NCBI GenBank assembly: GCA_002633005.1
Contig: NMRA01000155.1
Span: 745,643 to 809,642, forward strand
Direction: 5' to 3'
Length of the DNA stretch: 64,000 nt
From: Phoronis australis
Taxonomy: Eukaryota; Animalia; Phoronida
The translations under genes and the position numbers were made by a program. Positions 38,720 through 52,764 of the stretch are shown one piece after another (the first letter of the stretch is position 1; each line of letters opens with the position of its first letter). The notes below the pieces were generated by a model that ran no database searches, was not told the DNA's origin, and saw only the letters and a program-made list of their open reading frames with translations.

Positions 38720-39500
38720 AATTTTCAAAGCTTGTAAATAGTGTATTTGGATATTTAGTAAAAACGACGTGATTAGGTTTTTGACTTTTGAAATTTGGAC
38801 AAGAAATGTGAATTTTGCTACCCAAAACGGATGTTAAATGTTCCAATAATATCTTTCTCATGAACTGTGCTGAATGTGCAACATAATCGGGCCAATTATC
38901 AAACCACTGGGCAGAAGTTGGATTTCGAGGTAAGCCAAGTGTCATCATACAGTTCTTGGCATGAGAAGCATTAGATATGTGTGGGGAGTGTCATTTATTG
39001 CATTTTCCATTTGTCAAGAACCACAGGGACAAGTACTTAAACTTGAAATCTTGATTAAAGAAATCCGTAATTTTTGCAGTTTCAAATTGTTTGACAGGAT
39101 GTTCGGCTGAGCCTGGTGACGCCACCGACAAACTAGTGTGGCTTTTATTGCTGTCAGTTGTCAGATGGCTAAGGTGTGTACAAACGTGGACATAGACATT
39201 TTGTCGGACACTAGCTATCACATCGACGTATTCCAATGATATTGCTGGTGCTGCAGCGTTCGCCAGTGACAACTCCCGCTCTCTTCCTGTTAAAATTCTA
39301 CCTATGTTGTTTGACAGTTCAGCTAAAAATATTCCATCTTCTCGAAAGACTGCCCTAGAGGGTGTTCCAGTGATGTTGTCACACGGTTTTTCATTTTCTT
39401 AATTCTAAGCGGATTTGTTACATTGGGAAATCGAGTCGTTCAGTGGTGCCTTGTAGTCGTCCAATGTTTCTCTACTTGAACCGGTGTCGCCGTGCATCTT
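38720..39500 (-). pseudogene. Possible highly decayed MULE-like transposase relic
   Basis: Broken frames including GLIIGPIMLH, reminiscent of invertebrate MULE-like transposases; weak evidence. Confidence 0.3.
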
Positions 39501-41108
39501 TGATATCACGAAAGGTAATTCATTGTTTACGTTATTGTATTCGTGCAGCGGGGTAGATAATTGGCGTTTGCGTCGTGACATCGAACAAACGACTGAGCCT
39601 GGCTCAAAAGAAATATTGACAGCAAGCCTTTAAAATCCTGTTTGGTCTGGAATACGGGCTAACGGAGGGTTAGTTGCAACTCGAAGTACTGGTTCGGGAT
39701 TGCGACGAATCTCAAATAGATATTAAAATGTAAAATCACAATGTATTACAAAAATATAACTGTTCAAAGGGTGACAATCATGAGAATGAGGAGTCAGGCA
39801 CCAGGTGGTCAACTGGTATGGAACGCCACTAGCGTCACCTTGTGACGGGTCTTTGACACGTGACGAGTCATTTTTGACACGCTGACGCGTCAATGATGCT
39901 GTCGAACTCGTGTGGATGTTCTTAAAAGAACCAATCAGTGTTAAGGTTTTACAGTGTGTTGACTAAACCAATGAGATTGTCATGTTTTGAGATGACTGAC
40001 AAGAACAAAGGCTGTCAATCATATATCGACTTAGTATTCCAAGAGACAAAAACAGGAGTTACTGAACACGGAAGTGTCCCGGAAATGTACATTGGATGGC
40101 TTCAAGGAATTTGTACGATCAACAAGTACTAATAACGAAGATGGGTACGGCGACGACAATTTCTTGTGATGGTGCATTCCAGGAATTCCTTTCACCAAAC
40201 ATGAGTACGACCAACAGCAAAGCGTAAGCGCGTGTCGAGTGCAAAAGAGTTAAGCCAACATGGCGGTCAGAAGAAGCCTGACATTTATAATGGAACTTCG
40301 TGGTGCAAGCTTGTGTACTGGGATCGATGTCACGATGTCTGAATATTTGTTGTCGATTGTAAACGTGACCTGGAGTGTTGTTGTAGACATATTTCAAAGG
40401 ACCAAGTGTTGCAAGAAACCGTCACTTCAGTGAAAGAGAAGTAAGTTGTCCTTTTTGTTGGCCGGGTGTGCTCGATTTGTGTACTATCAGTGTAGGTTGT
40501 GCAAAAGAATAGAGTTGTACCCCGTGTTGACAATTAACTATAGTCTAAAGGCTACTACGGGAAGTCGGGAAGGTACTTCTGATTTGGAAAATTATGACGC
40601 ACACCCATTTAGAGAGTGGACACTATTCCAAGTTCACGTACAGCAGCTGCAAGGCAACTTTCAGCCTCAGAGTGGCTTACCCAGAAAATTTTGCCCCTCC
40701 CACACACTATAGTGAAAAAGACACATATCTTGAATGAATGTGGCCAAAAGCTGGCAAATTCCTTGAATGTGTAACGTGACTGAATGAACGGTACTCCAGT
40801 AGGCATGAACACTGAACCTTCATACTAGTGCCCCAGATTTTTGAGTGATCTGTCAATCTTGCATTCGTGTGTGAAAGGTGTTTACTGAAAATTTGCACCA
40901 GTCCCTATAACACGACGCCCACATTTCTTCAAAAAGCCCTTGCGCCGAGTTTACTCTCATGTTTGAGTCGTTTCCTGTGATAATGGATTTGGCCCAGCAA
41001 TCTATTACACGGAAATTGATGTTGAGACAAAAATGTTCTCTGTGTCTTGCAATGTGCCTGGCCCTACAATAGTAACAGTTTGATAAATAACTTATTGTTA
41101 TTTTACAG

Positions 41109-44100
41109 GTTGACTAGTTTAACTAGAAGTATACAAAATGCTGTTGTTGGTGGTAGTGTTGATCAGGCTTATGCAGCAAAACTATTGAATTTTGCTAGGA
41201 GGTTAATGGAGGAGGCAGATCAAGCTGCATATGAATCAAGTGACCATCATTGTTTGCGTATTGTAGTTTTGACCTTGTAAATCTATTGAATGAGTACTAG
41301 TAATATGATTACCTCTTTTTAACACAGTGTAATTTTAACAATTGAACCGATGCTTATTTAAGGTACCAGCATGTCACCTTTACCTTGAGATCCTTCTACT
41401 GTGGGTAATAGCAGGTTATTCCTATGTGCATGACTAGGTGTTCAGTGCTGCCACATTTATTGCACGAGTTAATACAGAACTTACGGATGACTGGTTACTG
41501 AATAATTAATACCAAAAACCTATTTGAAAATGATTCCATGCAGATGTCCCTCCTTTCACATGACCAAAACGCACCTGTGTGCATTTCAGCGTGATATTGT
41601 TTACGAATATATGTGTATTTGGTATCCTGTAACTGGCCATATACCAAAGCTCTCTATTCTTATGTTTAACATTTCAGTGAGTGATGTGTATTACATGTGA
41701 AAATACATGTACATTGCAGGGGCAACGATATTTGGGCAAAATCAAAGTTTGACATAACCTCATCTCACTTAGAGTGTATGATAAAGGCAAACTTCACACG
41801 ACAAGAGATGGCCGAATCAATGCGAGTTACTTCCTCTACCATATCACGTCGACTGAAGTATGTAATAATTTCATTGCCACTGTTCAAGAATTGACACTGT
41901 CTCCTGACTAGTGCTTAAGCTGCTACCAATTTGATAGACAGGGCTTTTAATTAGTGGTGATTAATGCAATTGTATCATTTTTGTGGTATAGTAAACAATC
42001 TTTAGATTGTTTCTGGTAAATCTCATCCATTGAACATTGGAAACCATGAATTGCATGATCCTACACGGTATCATGTACAGAGTGTGGAAATTAGGTGAAA
42101 TTCAAGATGGCGGAAGCCGCCATCTTGAACTATAAAAAATGCTCAAAGTTGCACAAAGTGCAACCAAGTTACTTTTATTCTCCTAACCATATATAATAAA
42201 TTTCCAAAAGAAAACTTAACAGTAAACAACTTTGCAGGGTCAACTTTTTGGCAACTAGACTACTGCTTTTCAACTTTTTGGCAAACTGTGTCAAACCCCG
42301 TTAAACAGTAATAGTGCAGTTACTATCCCTATTTGACACATTTTACATTTTGTATTTATGTAACTGTTAAGCAATCACTTGAAGTAGTATGCACACTCTT
42401 GACAGTTGTATCCTAAAGCCACGCATGGTGCATAGGCTTCGACGTTAATATGTCGATGTTTCTTCGTCCTCAGGGAGTATGCCAAGTCTTCAAGACAATA
42501 CAATGAGGTTGCGGACTCACAACTAGACTCAGCTGTTGGAGGCACAGTTGGTTTGTATTGTTAAATTGCACTTCAAAGTTCAACTAAATTATTTATCAGT
42601 GGATTATAATTACCGTAAAAACCTGCAAATAAGCGCATGTGAAACAAGTCAATGCATTTTTTGCCAAACTTTCCTACTCAAATCTTCCGCACATATATGT
42701 GGAAGCTTCGTAATTATGTGCATGCGAGTCACCTCATACAGATGCAACATGGTGCTCCGATCTTAGACCAACTCTTCTTGTTTGTGAAAAAACACTATTC
42801 CACCCAACTCTGGGTGTAACAAAAATAGGAGTAATTGTCCAAAAATATACCAAAATCGTACTTTTATCTTAAGTCTTGAATGGGCATTGAGAAAACTAAA
42901 GTACGATGTGCATTAATAGTTCGACCATCATAATCAGAGCAAGTTCTACTTAAATGTTGGAGGCACATGTGCTCAGTACCAGGCTGAGGAAAACGAACAT
43001 ACCAAATGACGTGCGAGACAAGATTTCATGTAGTCTGCTCCAAAAATGAGCCCTGTAAATGTGTTGTTTACTTTCAATATGGTTCTCAAGATGTTTTCTG
43101 AAACAGAACACTGGAACGAAATGCTTTTAATGTGATGTTAAAACATACATACGATGTTTATGTCAATGAGAAAAATGCATGCATGTGACAGCAGTAATTT
43201 TAAATGCATTTAATCTAGCCTCAAGCTGTGAATTTTCATGTTATGTTCTCTATAGTGGAGGTACTGTTTGTTCTTTAATCAGAATTGTCATGAATGCTTT
43301 GAAAAATGGAATGGAACTGTCAACTGTATACAGATGCTGCTTAAGCCCCTGTCACATTCGTGGTATGATGCTAGCAGGGCAACAAAAATGCTGTTGTACG
43401 ATAGTCTTCTGTATTGACATATTCGCAGTCACATTTGTTGTAGAAATGTCCTACGACATTAAAACAAGGTGTTGCAAGACATACACGTATTGTATGCCTG
43501 ACATACAATGATATGTAGTCATATTTTTAATGTTCGATGGTCCCAGAGCATGTACGTGATGGTAAAACGTTTGGGGGACTGCCGGTTGTCCAGTACGATT
43601 GTAGGACTATTCTAGACTCTCGGATAACCCAAAGATCGTATGTCAGTCGTACAACTATCATACAACAAATGTGAGGCATCACACCACAGTGTTACGATAT
43701 AGATCTGTTGTAGAACTGTTGTACGACGTTGAAATGATTTTGAACAAGTTCAAAATTTCCCGACGCTGTTCTTGGAATGCAATGCGGTAAAATCTCACTA
43801 ATTTCAGACCATAATAATTGCCAAAACCGTCCATTTTTATGCGCCCACATATTTATGTGCGTCCACATCTGTATCTCCTAAACCCCTCACAGGATCTTGA
43901 ATAGATTTGGTAGATGTGTTTCTATGAAGCTGACGACAGATGATGACGAATTTCAGACCTATCCGACTACCGGTGTGCCCCCTAGTGGCAATTTTATTTT
44001 TTACGCTTATTTCTATATCTTCAGAGATCCTCAAATGATTTTCATAAAATTTGAAATATAGGCATCTATCAATGAGATGACGCTAACCTCTCGTTTTCAG

Positions 44101-46200
44101 ATATATTTGCGGTATTTTGAACCACCTAGTGGCCATTTTTGTTGTCTTCGAATCTGTTTTTTGGCGTCTGCCCCTCTATCAACCAAACTACTCCAAGGAT
44201 GATTATGAAAATTGACATATAGGTTGTTACTATGACGAGGACAGTTGACGATGATTTTCTGACGACTTCAACTACAGTGGCGCCTCCTAGTGGCAATTTT
44301 GTTTGTTTTTGTGCCCATGGCTGTATCTCCTTTACGCTATGCAGGATCTGTACTAAATTGAGGTAGTGTATTTGTATGAAGTCTACAACAAACGATAACG
44401 GCTTTCAGATGGATCGGACTATCGGTGTGCCCCCTAGTGGCAATTTTTATTTTTTATCTTCACCTCTATCTTCAAATGTCCTCAACGGATTTTCATGAAA
44501 TTTTTCACATGGGCTTCAATTTAGTGGTATGACACCATTTTCCGGCAATTTCATTTTTTTCATTTTCTTCTGTTTCTCTGAAGTTCCTTGATGGATTTGC
44601 ATGAAATTTTGTAAATAGGTTTCTATTAAAGAAGCAGTGACATTTTCCTATTTTGTTATGGGTTGGACATATATTGCGCCATCTAGTGGCAATTTTTACT
44701 GTTTTCTTGTCTATTTTTGGCGTCTGCCCCTCTATGAACCCTACAAACCACTCTAAGGATGTTTGTGAAAGTTAGCCCATATGTTCTTAGTGTGAAGAGG
44801 ATGGTTGACCGTGTTTTTCTGACGACTTCACCTACTGTGGCACTTTTGTTTTTTGCAGGCATAGCTGTACTCTCCTAAACCCACTGCAGAATCTTTATGA
44901 AATTTAGCAAGTGTATTTATGTGAAGTTGACTACGGACGATGATAACGATTTTCAGACGGATGTGACCAATGATGTGCCACTTGGTGACAATTTCATTTT
45001 TTCTGTTTTCCTCTGTTTCTCTGAAGTTCCTTGACGGATTTTTATGAAATATGATAGCTTTCTATTAAAGACCTGTTCCCGTTTTCGGATGACTTCAACG
45101 TATTTTGCGCCATCCAGTGGCCATTTTTCTGATAGAAATAAATACCCGTCCCTTAGAAGCACTTCATTTTCTGAGCATTTGTGGGCGCATTTCAACGCCC
45201 TGCGTTGCTCTTGTTTATTTTTAAAGGCTTCTAATTTTGTGAATGCTCACAATTTTTCAAAACTTTGTTTGATGGTAGCTATGGTACAAAACTTGAAAAT
45301 GAGAAAGCAATAGTTTGGGGATACTAATGATCTATGCAAAAAGCAGAAAATAAAACGTCAGTTGTGTGCCATCTGATGTCCCAAATGTTGTACCACGATC
45401 TCTTCACTATCATTATTTTCCCTAACTTCTGTCGCTGACACATCATATACTGTCCCGTCATACGACAAATGCGACGGGCTTAAGTCAGCTGTAATTTCAC
45501 CTCATGTTTTCTGCTTATTTGTATAAAGGTATTTAGTGGGTCACGAATGATCAAGTTTCATCTATAATTTCTGATACAAAATAGTAGCCCCTGTGAGACC
45601 GAGTGCTTTAGTGCAGTACTGCAAATGTGCTTACATGGGATGCCACAAATGTTTGTTGCTAATGTGCATATCACATTTATAATATTAAATACTAACTGTT
45701 CAGAAACATGGCTATATTTTTCCTGTCTTATATACACTATAAGTACATCTTTTGTTTTAGATACTGGAATAGACAGTGGCACTCGGTTCCTGGTGTATGG
45801 GAAAGCATTCTTTAACAACTGTTCTACAACTGTCCCCGATTGCTTTCAAAAAACGGTAATGAAGTAAGGTGTACATTCGCGAGTTAGATGTGACCATGGT
45901 GCATTCATGGAAATGTTCCATGGTCTGGACAGAGGGAGTGCCATTCAAGGAATAAGTGTGTACAATCAGAGGATAGAAAGACTGTGGCGAGATATGTGGC
46001 GTGGTGTCACCAATGTGTACCATGAGATGTTTCATTTTTTAGAGGAGAAACGTGTTTTGGATCCAGATGATTAGCTGTCCTTTTGGTGCTTGCACTATGT
46101 GTTTTTACTCAAAATTAGTCAATCATTGAAAGCCTTTAAGGTCCATGGAACCACCATGGTTTGTGAACAGAGAAGGGCAAGTCATCATACAGGCTGTTTG
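41109..46200 (+). mobile_element. Decayed intron-containing transposase with HTH + rve-like integrase core (IS3EU-like)
   Basis: HTH exon at about 41720-41858 (KFDITSSHLECMIKANFTRQEMAESMRVTSSTISRRLK). Small exon at about 42474-42550 (YNEVADSQLDSAV). Core at about 45530-46200 (GIDSGTRFLVY..NNCSTTV..SRVRCDHG..RGSAIQGISVYNQRIERLWRDMW..LHYVF). Stops and frameshifts are present. The superfamily name is tentative. Confidence 0.75.
43834..45215 (+). mobile_element. Helentron-like non-autonomous element (HINE/DINE-1 architecture) with internal ~450-550 bp tandem units
   Basis: Starts in a T-run with sub-TIR atgcgcccaca (43839). The matching tgtgggcgcat (45180) is followed by the hairpin caacgc-cct-gcgttg and ctcttgtt. 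Repeated ctagtggc-containing units lie inside. Confidence 0.7.
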
Positions 46201-46796
46201 TTCTGCAAGCGTTGGCACTGCCGTACAGCAATCTCACTGCTGTACTTGAGCTGTCCGAGAAACATGTCTACAAATGCTGATCTACATACCCAAGAATGAA
46301 TAGCTCCAGAATGTTCTCCATGTCCTCTCTCAAGTAACAACCTATCTTGGGTTAACAAACTTGTATCTTCACTATACATTACAGAAACTCACAGCTTACA
46401 AGTGTATCAGAAAACACTGCGATTTGTAAATTCTATTACAAGTTCGTATTCATAGGCGAGGTGCTCATGTTAATTTACCAGTTGAAATGGTCTTTCACAA
46501 GCTAGTAACGTGTAATCTGTTATACTAGAGTTTCTGCATTGGATGGGAAGGATTCATTAAGTTGTTAGTTTGTTCTGTCAATTCCTTCCTGTGTATGTTT
46601 GACGTTGTAATTTGTGGGATTCTGCTCTCGACTGGCTTTAAATGTGATTTTAAAGCCTTGATATTTGTGGTCATGGCTGAATTGCTGTTCAAAGACCTGT
46701 GACTATGATAAAGCTTCAATTAGAAGCCTGGGCATTAATAAATTTCTGACATGATCTTGATTGGATGTATTTTTAATTACTAGGCCAAACCTACGN

Positions 46797-47067
46797 CCAT
46801 CCTAAATGACATTCTTGGTGAACTGCCAATAATAACTTTCAAAGATGAAAACTTATTCATTTATTGATCTGGGCACCAAAAATTGAAGATGCATACCATA
46901 TACCATATTACTGCCAAACTCTATTGATATATAGCATGTGTAAAGATTAATAATGTTTCCTTATTCGTAAAATTTTAACAATTTTTCCTTGTGACTTAAC
47001 TTTGAACAGACTCCTGTAAAACTGGGACTTGTTACTGTGTATAAATATATATATATATATATATATA
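46797..47067. repeat. ~270-bp repeat ending in (TA)n; inverted copy at 51336-51619
   Basis: cctaaatgacattcttggtgaactgccaataataactttcaaagatgaaaacttattcatttattgatctggg is the reverse complement of about 51542-51615. Confidence 0.85.
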
Positions 47068-50000
47068 TTCTGAAAAATGTATTATCACGCTCGCTGGAGA
47101 ATAAATAGTTGTAAAAAATAAACGAATCATATAGAGCTTTAAATGTAAAAGGTTTTTGAATAAGACTTTCCTGTAAACACGTAATTGATCGGTGTTTTAG
47201 TTACATCGCATCACCATTCTCTTGTTTATTTGGCGATTAGAGCTAATCACAATTTTGGGGATTTATTAGACTAACATTATCGAGTAGAGTACATGTTGAT
47301 AAACAGATTTGCTGAACAATGTAGTTACATGAAGTTCCTGGAATCCACCATCAGTTTTAATTTTTCATATCATGTGGTTCAACAACTGAACGAAATTCGC
47401 GCAAATTATTTTTTATCTTTTCATAATGATGTTGAAAGTGTGCTGATTTTATTTGCAAATATTGTACATGTATACGTGGGCTTCACAGAGTTTCAAAACT
47501 TACCTATATACGATATCTTGTTATTCCGCAGCTGTTGCTTTCAATGTGACTTTAAGTGCCGGTGTGGCCGGAAATGTGAATTGTTATTGCGATTATTGAT
47601 ACAATGTTCCACATGCTGTAAACTGTGAACCTATATCACAATAAAATATAAATACTACAATAGCATTTGGGAATTTAATTCATATCACTTGTACCTGTAC
47701 GTTTTCAATTACTTCCGTTATTATGCTCTTTTACTGAAAAATACTTCTCGCTGTAAAGGAATGTTTGGCAGCTGTCATTAAAGTACTCTGAAAAGGAGGT
47801 CAGGCAATAGCAAACCGAACAAACATTCAATTTTAGTATTGGCGGCAGCTTTGTGGTCAGCTCAATCATAGAACTCCAGCCCTGAAATACTGCATGCGTG
47901 GCATTTGTTTGCATTCATTTGGTCTGATGTTGATTCTTGCTATGGAACTTACTGCCACTAAAATTTCCGCAAATCCGCTGTTTTTCAAACAAATTGCATA
48001 GTAGTCATATCATAAGAAAGCTCTTCATCATTTCTTGGTGGTGTCTGGTTAAAATAGATCGAAGAAAAAAAATAATTCATAAATATTTATCATTTCGTAT
48101 ACCTGACAGGTATAAAAACAAGTGTTACCAAATTGCGAAAAAAGAGTGTGCAATAATAACGTAAAAAGGAAACAAACTTGTTGTTATGTAAATGACTAAT
48201 TACTTAAGCCAACAGCCGGGAGAAAATTGATTCAAAAGATTTCTACCCTGTCAGGACAACGAATTCAAAATATGGATCCCTCAAAGTTGCTGTGAAGAAT
48301 TGTCAGGCATTCATCTAAAATTACACATCGTTATATAAGAATTGGACCTTTGGGGCCGTTTGATACAGTTCTTCAGTAAAACATTCAGGATGCAGTGACA
48401 TTTACACAAAATATGATTAACTAATTACATGTACTTCGACTACGTATCCGAAATTTGCAGATAAAAGCTTCCTGATAGATAAAAACTAGCAAACATCCAT
48501 TGCGTAGCTTTGAAATGTAATGTGTATCAACGTTATTGATAAACCGAACATCAGGATCTATTACTGTTACCGCGCAATCCTATGCATGCAAGCAAAATTT
48601 AAATTACAAGAAAAGACGTAAATGCTAAAAAAAATTGTTTTATAGGTCTTGGATAATATTAGATCGAAATCTGGATTAGGATTTGACATTTTTCTCCCAA
48701 ACTCATAAAATTGGCTACTCGGGTAATTATTGTATGCTGATGAAGGTACACGACACCAACCCCATTCATCAGCTTTTTACTAAATTGTTGTCAAACATCC
48801 AGCCCTCCCAGAATTTCTACAAAACTCAATATTACCCCGTATCTCTAGCTGATAATCATCTCTACGTGGATTCTTGGAAAGATTGAATGATGCTTTTGAG
48901 TAGCGTTTGAAAATCCGATCACACGTGCTTAATACTTTTATAAATATTTCAATGCGAACAATGCGATTTAACGAACTTATCGATAAAGAGGTAACTTGTT
49001 TAAAACATCACGTTATGGCAAAACGAGAAATATCCAAGACCTTATCGCTTAATTCTGACTACATTGTAAACAATTAGTCATTCCCCAGAGAGCAGTGAAT
49101 CTTAAGCTACTCATCGGATGTTTTGCCGTCGTTTTGACAATAATGCCTGCACGCGTACATTCTGGAGCACACTTTAAAAAAGGCCCCGAGTCAGTGACTA
49201 TGGATACATTCTTTAAAGCCCTGTCATTCCAGAGTCCACTTTTCATCATGATGTGGGAAGGATGGAAACAGACAACTTCCGCCAGGGGCGTGCCTCGAGC
49301 GTAATACTGTCTTCGGGGAACTTTCTCAGGGTGTATAACGCTTAGTCGGTCCTTTAAGAGCTCCAGTAATCCGTTGCATAAATGATGATGGAAAACACCT
49401 CCACGAAGTATGACATAATTTGAATGTTCACTGATTGTCTAGAGTGGGGAATAAGAGAGTGCTTTGGGTTGTCGACGATGCTACGTTTCAGTAAGTCACG
49501 TAGTTAGTCGTTCACATACATTGTATGTTCCACACACCAGTTACCATACATTAAAATGAAATACAAAATATTCGTAAAACGTCATAACTTTGAATTTCGT
49601 ATGTTTATCTAGACGTCTATTCAGCTGATAGTACAATCTATCCTTGTCCAGAGGGTACATGTATGGTGTTTAGAAAGCCTCAATTTCTGCGTACTGCCCA
49701 AGAATACATGTAGTTTAGTGTCGTTCCGTAAATAAAGTTACGTGAATCTCTCAGGAAATTACTCTAAAATCATTAAGCAGTATTTGAATGAATATTTGTC
49801 TCTGAGAAAAAAATGAAGAAAATGGTAGACAATTTAAAATGTTGTAATCACTCAAATAAATCAGAATGTAGGTTACTTAGTATAGTACAAAAATATTGCC
49901 AATAGACCTCATTTTCGTGTTATTCACCAAAACTCCAAGGCTAATGTAGGCGTGATTCGAGACTAAAGAAATGATTCAGTCACAGCTTCATCTATTGAGA

Positions 50001-50589
50001 ATTGCCTTTGAGGCTGCACCATTAGGAGGACACAGAGCAGTTCCAACTGGGTTCTTGCAGAACACACATCAATTGTCTTGTGACCTTTTCTTCACTCTAT
50101 CAAAAACCGTATGCAAAGAATTGAAAGTTTTGTGTCATTCCACATCTAAAGCCCTAAAGACGAGCACAAAACTTCATTATGTGTTGTATTTTTGTCCATG
50201 CACTCCCAATAAAAGCAAGGTAGGCCAAGAAAAAAAGGGAAAGACACAAAATTGCACTTTTTAACTCAAGATCACCACTTCGTTGCCGAAACACGACGTA
50301 AGCCAACATTAGATTTTGAAACTAACTTTCTTACAGATCAAAATGTGATCCATATGTGCTGCCAATTTTTTATAATTTTGGTTTGCTAATAATAGGGCAA
50401 CCTGAAAACGCAGCGATTTCTCAGTCGCATTTAGAATGCACAAATGCAACAGGGGCCGCCATCTTGAAGAAGAGAGCATCTGCAAATAAACACTTGGTCT
50501 TCTGTCGTTCCCATCATTTTCACAAATACAAGCAAATCCGATTCACTGTGCCTGCATGCAACGCCTACCTGAAAACTCCCCCCCCCCCC

Positions 50590-51065
50590 NNNNNNNNNNN
50601 NNNNNNNNNNNNNNNNNNNNNNNNNNNNNNNNNNNNNNNNNNNNNNNNNNNNNNNNNNNNNNNNNNNNNNNNNNNNNNNNNNNNNNNNNNNNNNNNNNNN
50701 NNNNNNNNNNNNNNNNNNNNNNNNNNNNNNNNNNNNNNNNNNNNNNNNNNNNNNNNNNNNNNNNNNNNNNNNNNNNNNNNNNNNNNNNNNNNNNNNNNNN
50801 NNNNNNNNNNNNNNNNNNNNNNNNNNNNNNNNNNNNNNNNNNNNNNNNNNNNNNNNNNNNNNNNNNNNNNNNNNNNNNNNNNNNNNNNNNNNNNNNNNNN
50901 NNNNNNNNNNNNNNNNNNNNNNNNNNNNNNNNNNNNNNNNNNNNNNNNNNNNNNNNNNNNNNNNNNNNNNNNNNNNNNNNNNNNNNNNNNNNNNNNNNNN
51001 NNNNNNNNNNNNNNNNNNNNNNNNNNNNNNNNNNNNNNNNNNNNNNNNNNNNNNNNNNNNNNNNN
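50590..51065. other. Assembly gap (N run)
   Basis: 476 N, preceded by a poly-C run. Confidence 1.
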
Positions 51066-51333
51066 GTAACTAAAACCAAAGTAATTAAAATAACATACAG
51101 CAACTATACTTGCTTGTCCTATTTACAAGTGCAACACGTAAATATTTTTCTCTTTTAGAACATTCAGAGAAGGGCAATAATGTGATCAGCACCTTTGCTT
51201 TTAGAAACTTGGTTATCTTGAAATATTTATTGGAAATTTTGTTAGCGTGGCCATCAGAATGTATTGAATTTGGTTCATGCATGTTGTCGTGCAGAAAAAA
51301 GCGATTACTGAAAAACGTCCGTCGATATCTACC

Positions 51334-51335
<2 letters not shown>

Positions 51336-51384
<49 letters not shown>

Positions 51385-51619
51385 AACTGACTGTCACATT
51401 AACAAGACCCAGTTTTAAAGGAGTCTGTTCAAAGTTTAATCCACAAGTAAAAATTGTTAAAATTTTACGAATATATGCTATAATTCAATAGAATTTGGCA
51501 GTAATCTTTCTCGTATATGGTATGCATCTTCTATTGTTGGTACCCAGATCAATAAATGAATAAGTTTTCATCTTTGAAAGTTATTATTGGCAGTTCACCA
51601 AGAATGTCATTTAGGATGG
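51336..51619. repeat. (TA)n(CA)n microsatellite + inverted copy of the 46797-47067 repeat
   Basis: Reverse-complement match read directly from the sequence. Confidence 0.85.
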
Positions 51620-52764
51620 TTTCAACATGTTTGTAGAAGTGTATTTTTAACAATTCTGCTGCACAAGTATCAAAATATACCGTAGAGCCTGACGGAGACA
51701 GTGTCATCGGCTAACGTTTCAAAATTATGAAAAGATAAAAGTAACATACATTTTTAAATTTTAAAGTGGTAAAATCTGTTGGGTACACATCGTGAAAAAA
51801 ATCTCGTTGCCATAGTGACGATGCTCAATTCAGCTTAGCAATAACTCTAAATTTCACCAATGAGTCAACTCAAGTATTTTTGGCAACGTAGCCTGCTTTT
51901 AACGTGAATTTTCCACCAGTTCCTGATAGTGACTGGCGAAATATCTGCTTACCATGGCAGCGTGACAACCCATCTCAGTTTCAATGTATGACTTCAATAA
52001 ATACTTAGAGTATGGTTGCCTACCTGCTGAGCTAACTAGAATTTGTCATCAATCATAAAATTTCTGATTTTTGTTGGCTGAATATTTAGTAGCGTTGGGA
52101 AATATTGTCGGGTTTGTTATTAACATAAACAATTAGTTGAGAATGGCTTTTAATAAAAAATTACACTCTTAATTGGAAATTTTCTTACATTGGTTCTAAC
52201 AATCAGCATATATGATTTTGACAGCTTGTTACACTGTTTTCTCGTCAATCCACTGTATTCCATTACATGGAAAACTATCGGGGGAGGGGGCGTTACGATT
52301 TTCGTGAAAAATGCAGCTACCCCATTTCCACGTTACTGCCTAAGGCCTCCTTGATTTAGGGTATCCAGCTTGACTTGTCAGCAAAAAAAACACTCCCACA
52401 ATCCCCTCAGGTGGTGATGGGAGTTCCCTAATACGAGTGTCGCTAAAAAGGACCCTTTTCAAGGGCACGTCCTTCTATAACCAATCTGTAGGATCAATCC
52501 AGAAATTTTAGAAGTGGGAGGCACAATACTGAGCACAGACGAGGGCCCCAGTTGTAGTTAATCCGCTAACTGGCACTAACTAAACCAAAGAAACCACACG
52601 ATGTCCTCCCTCTGTTTATCGGTTGCTATAAACGAAACCGTTGAAAACTATTTTACCGGAGTTCAAGAAGGCTGAAGAATATTTTAGTTGGCGCCGCATT
52701 TTAATTTACGTGAATGGTAGATTTAAGGTTTTGTCTGGTTGTCTTGTAAATCACTTAAATGTGG

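Noticed and set aside
50356-51158. Long ORFs of 186-237 aa
   Set aside because: Artefacts of the N gap.
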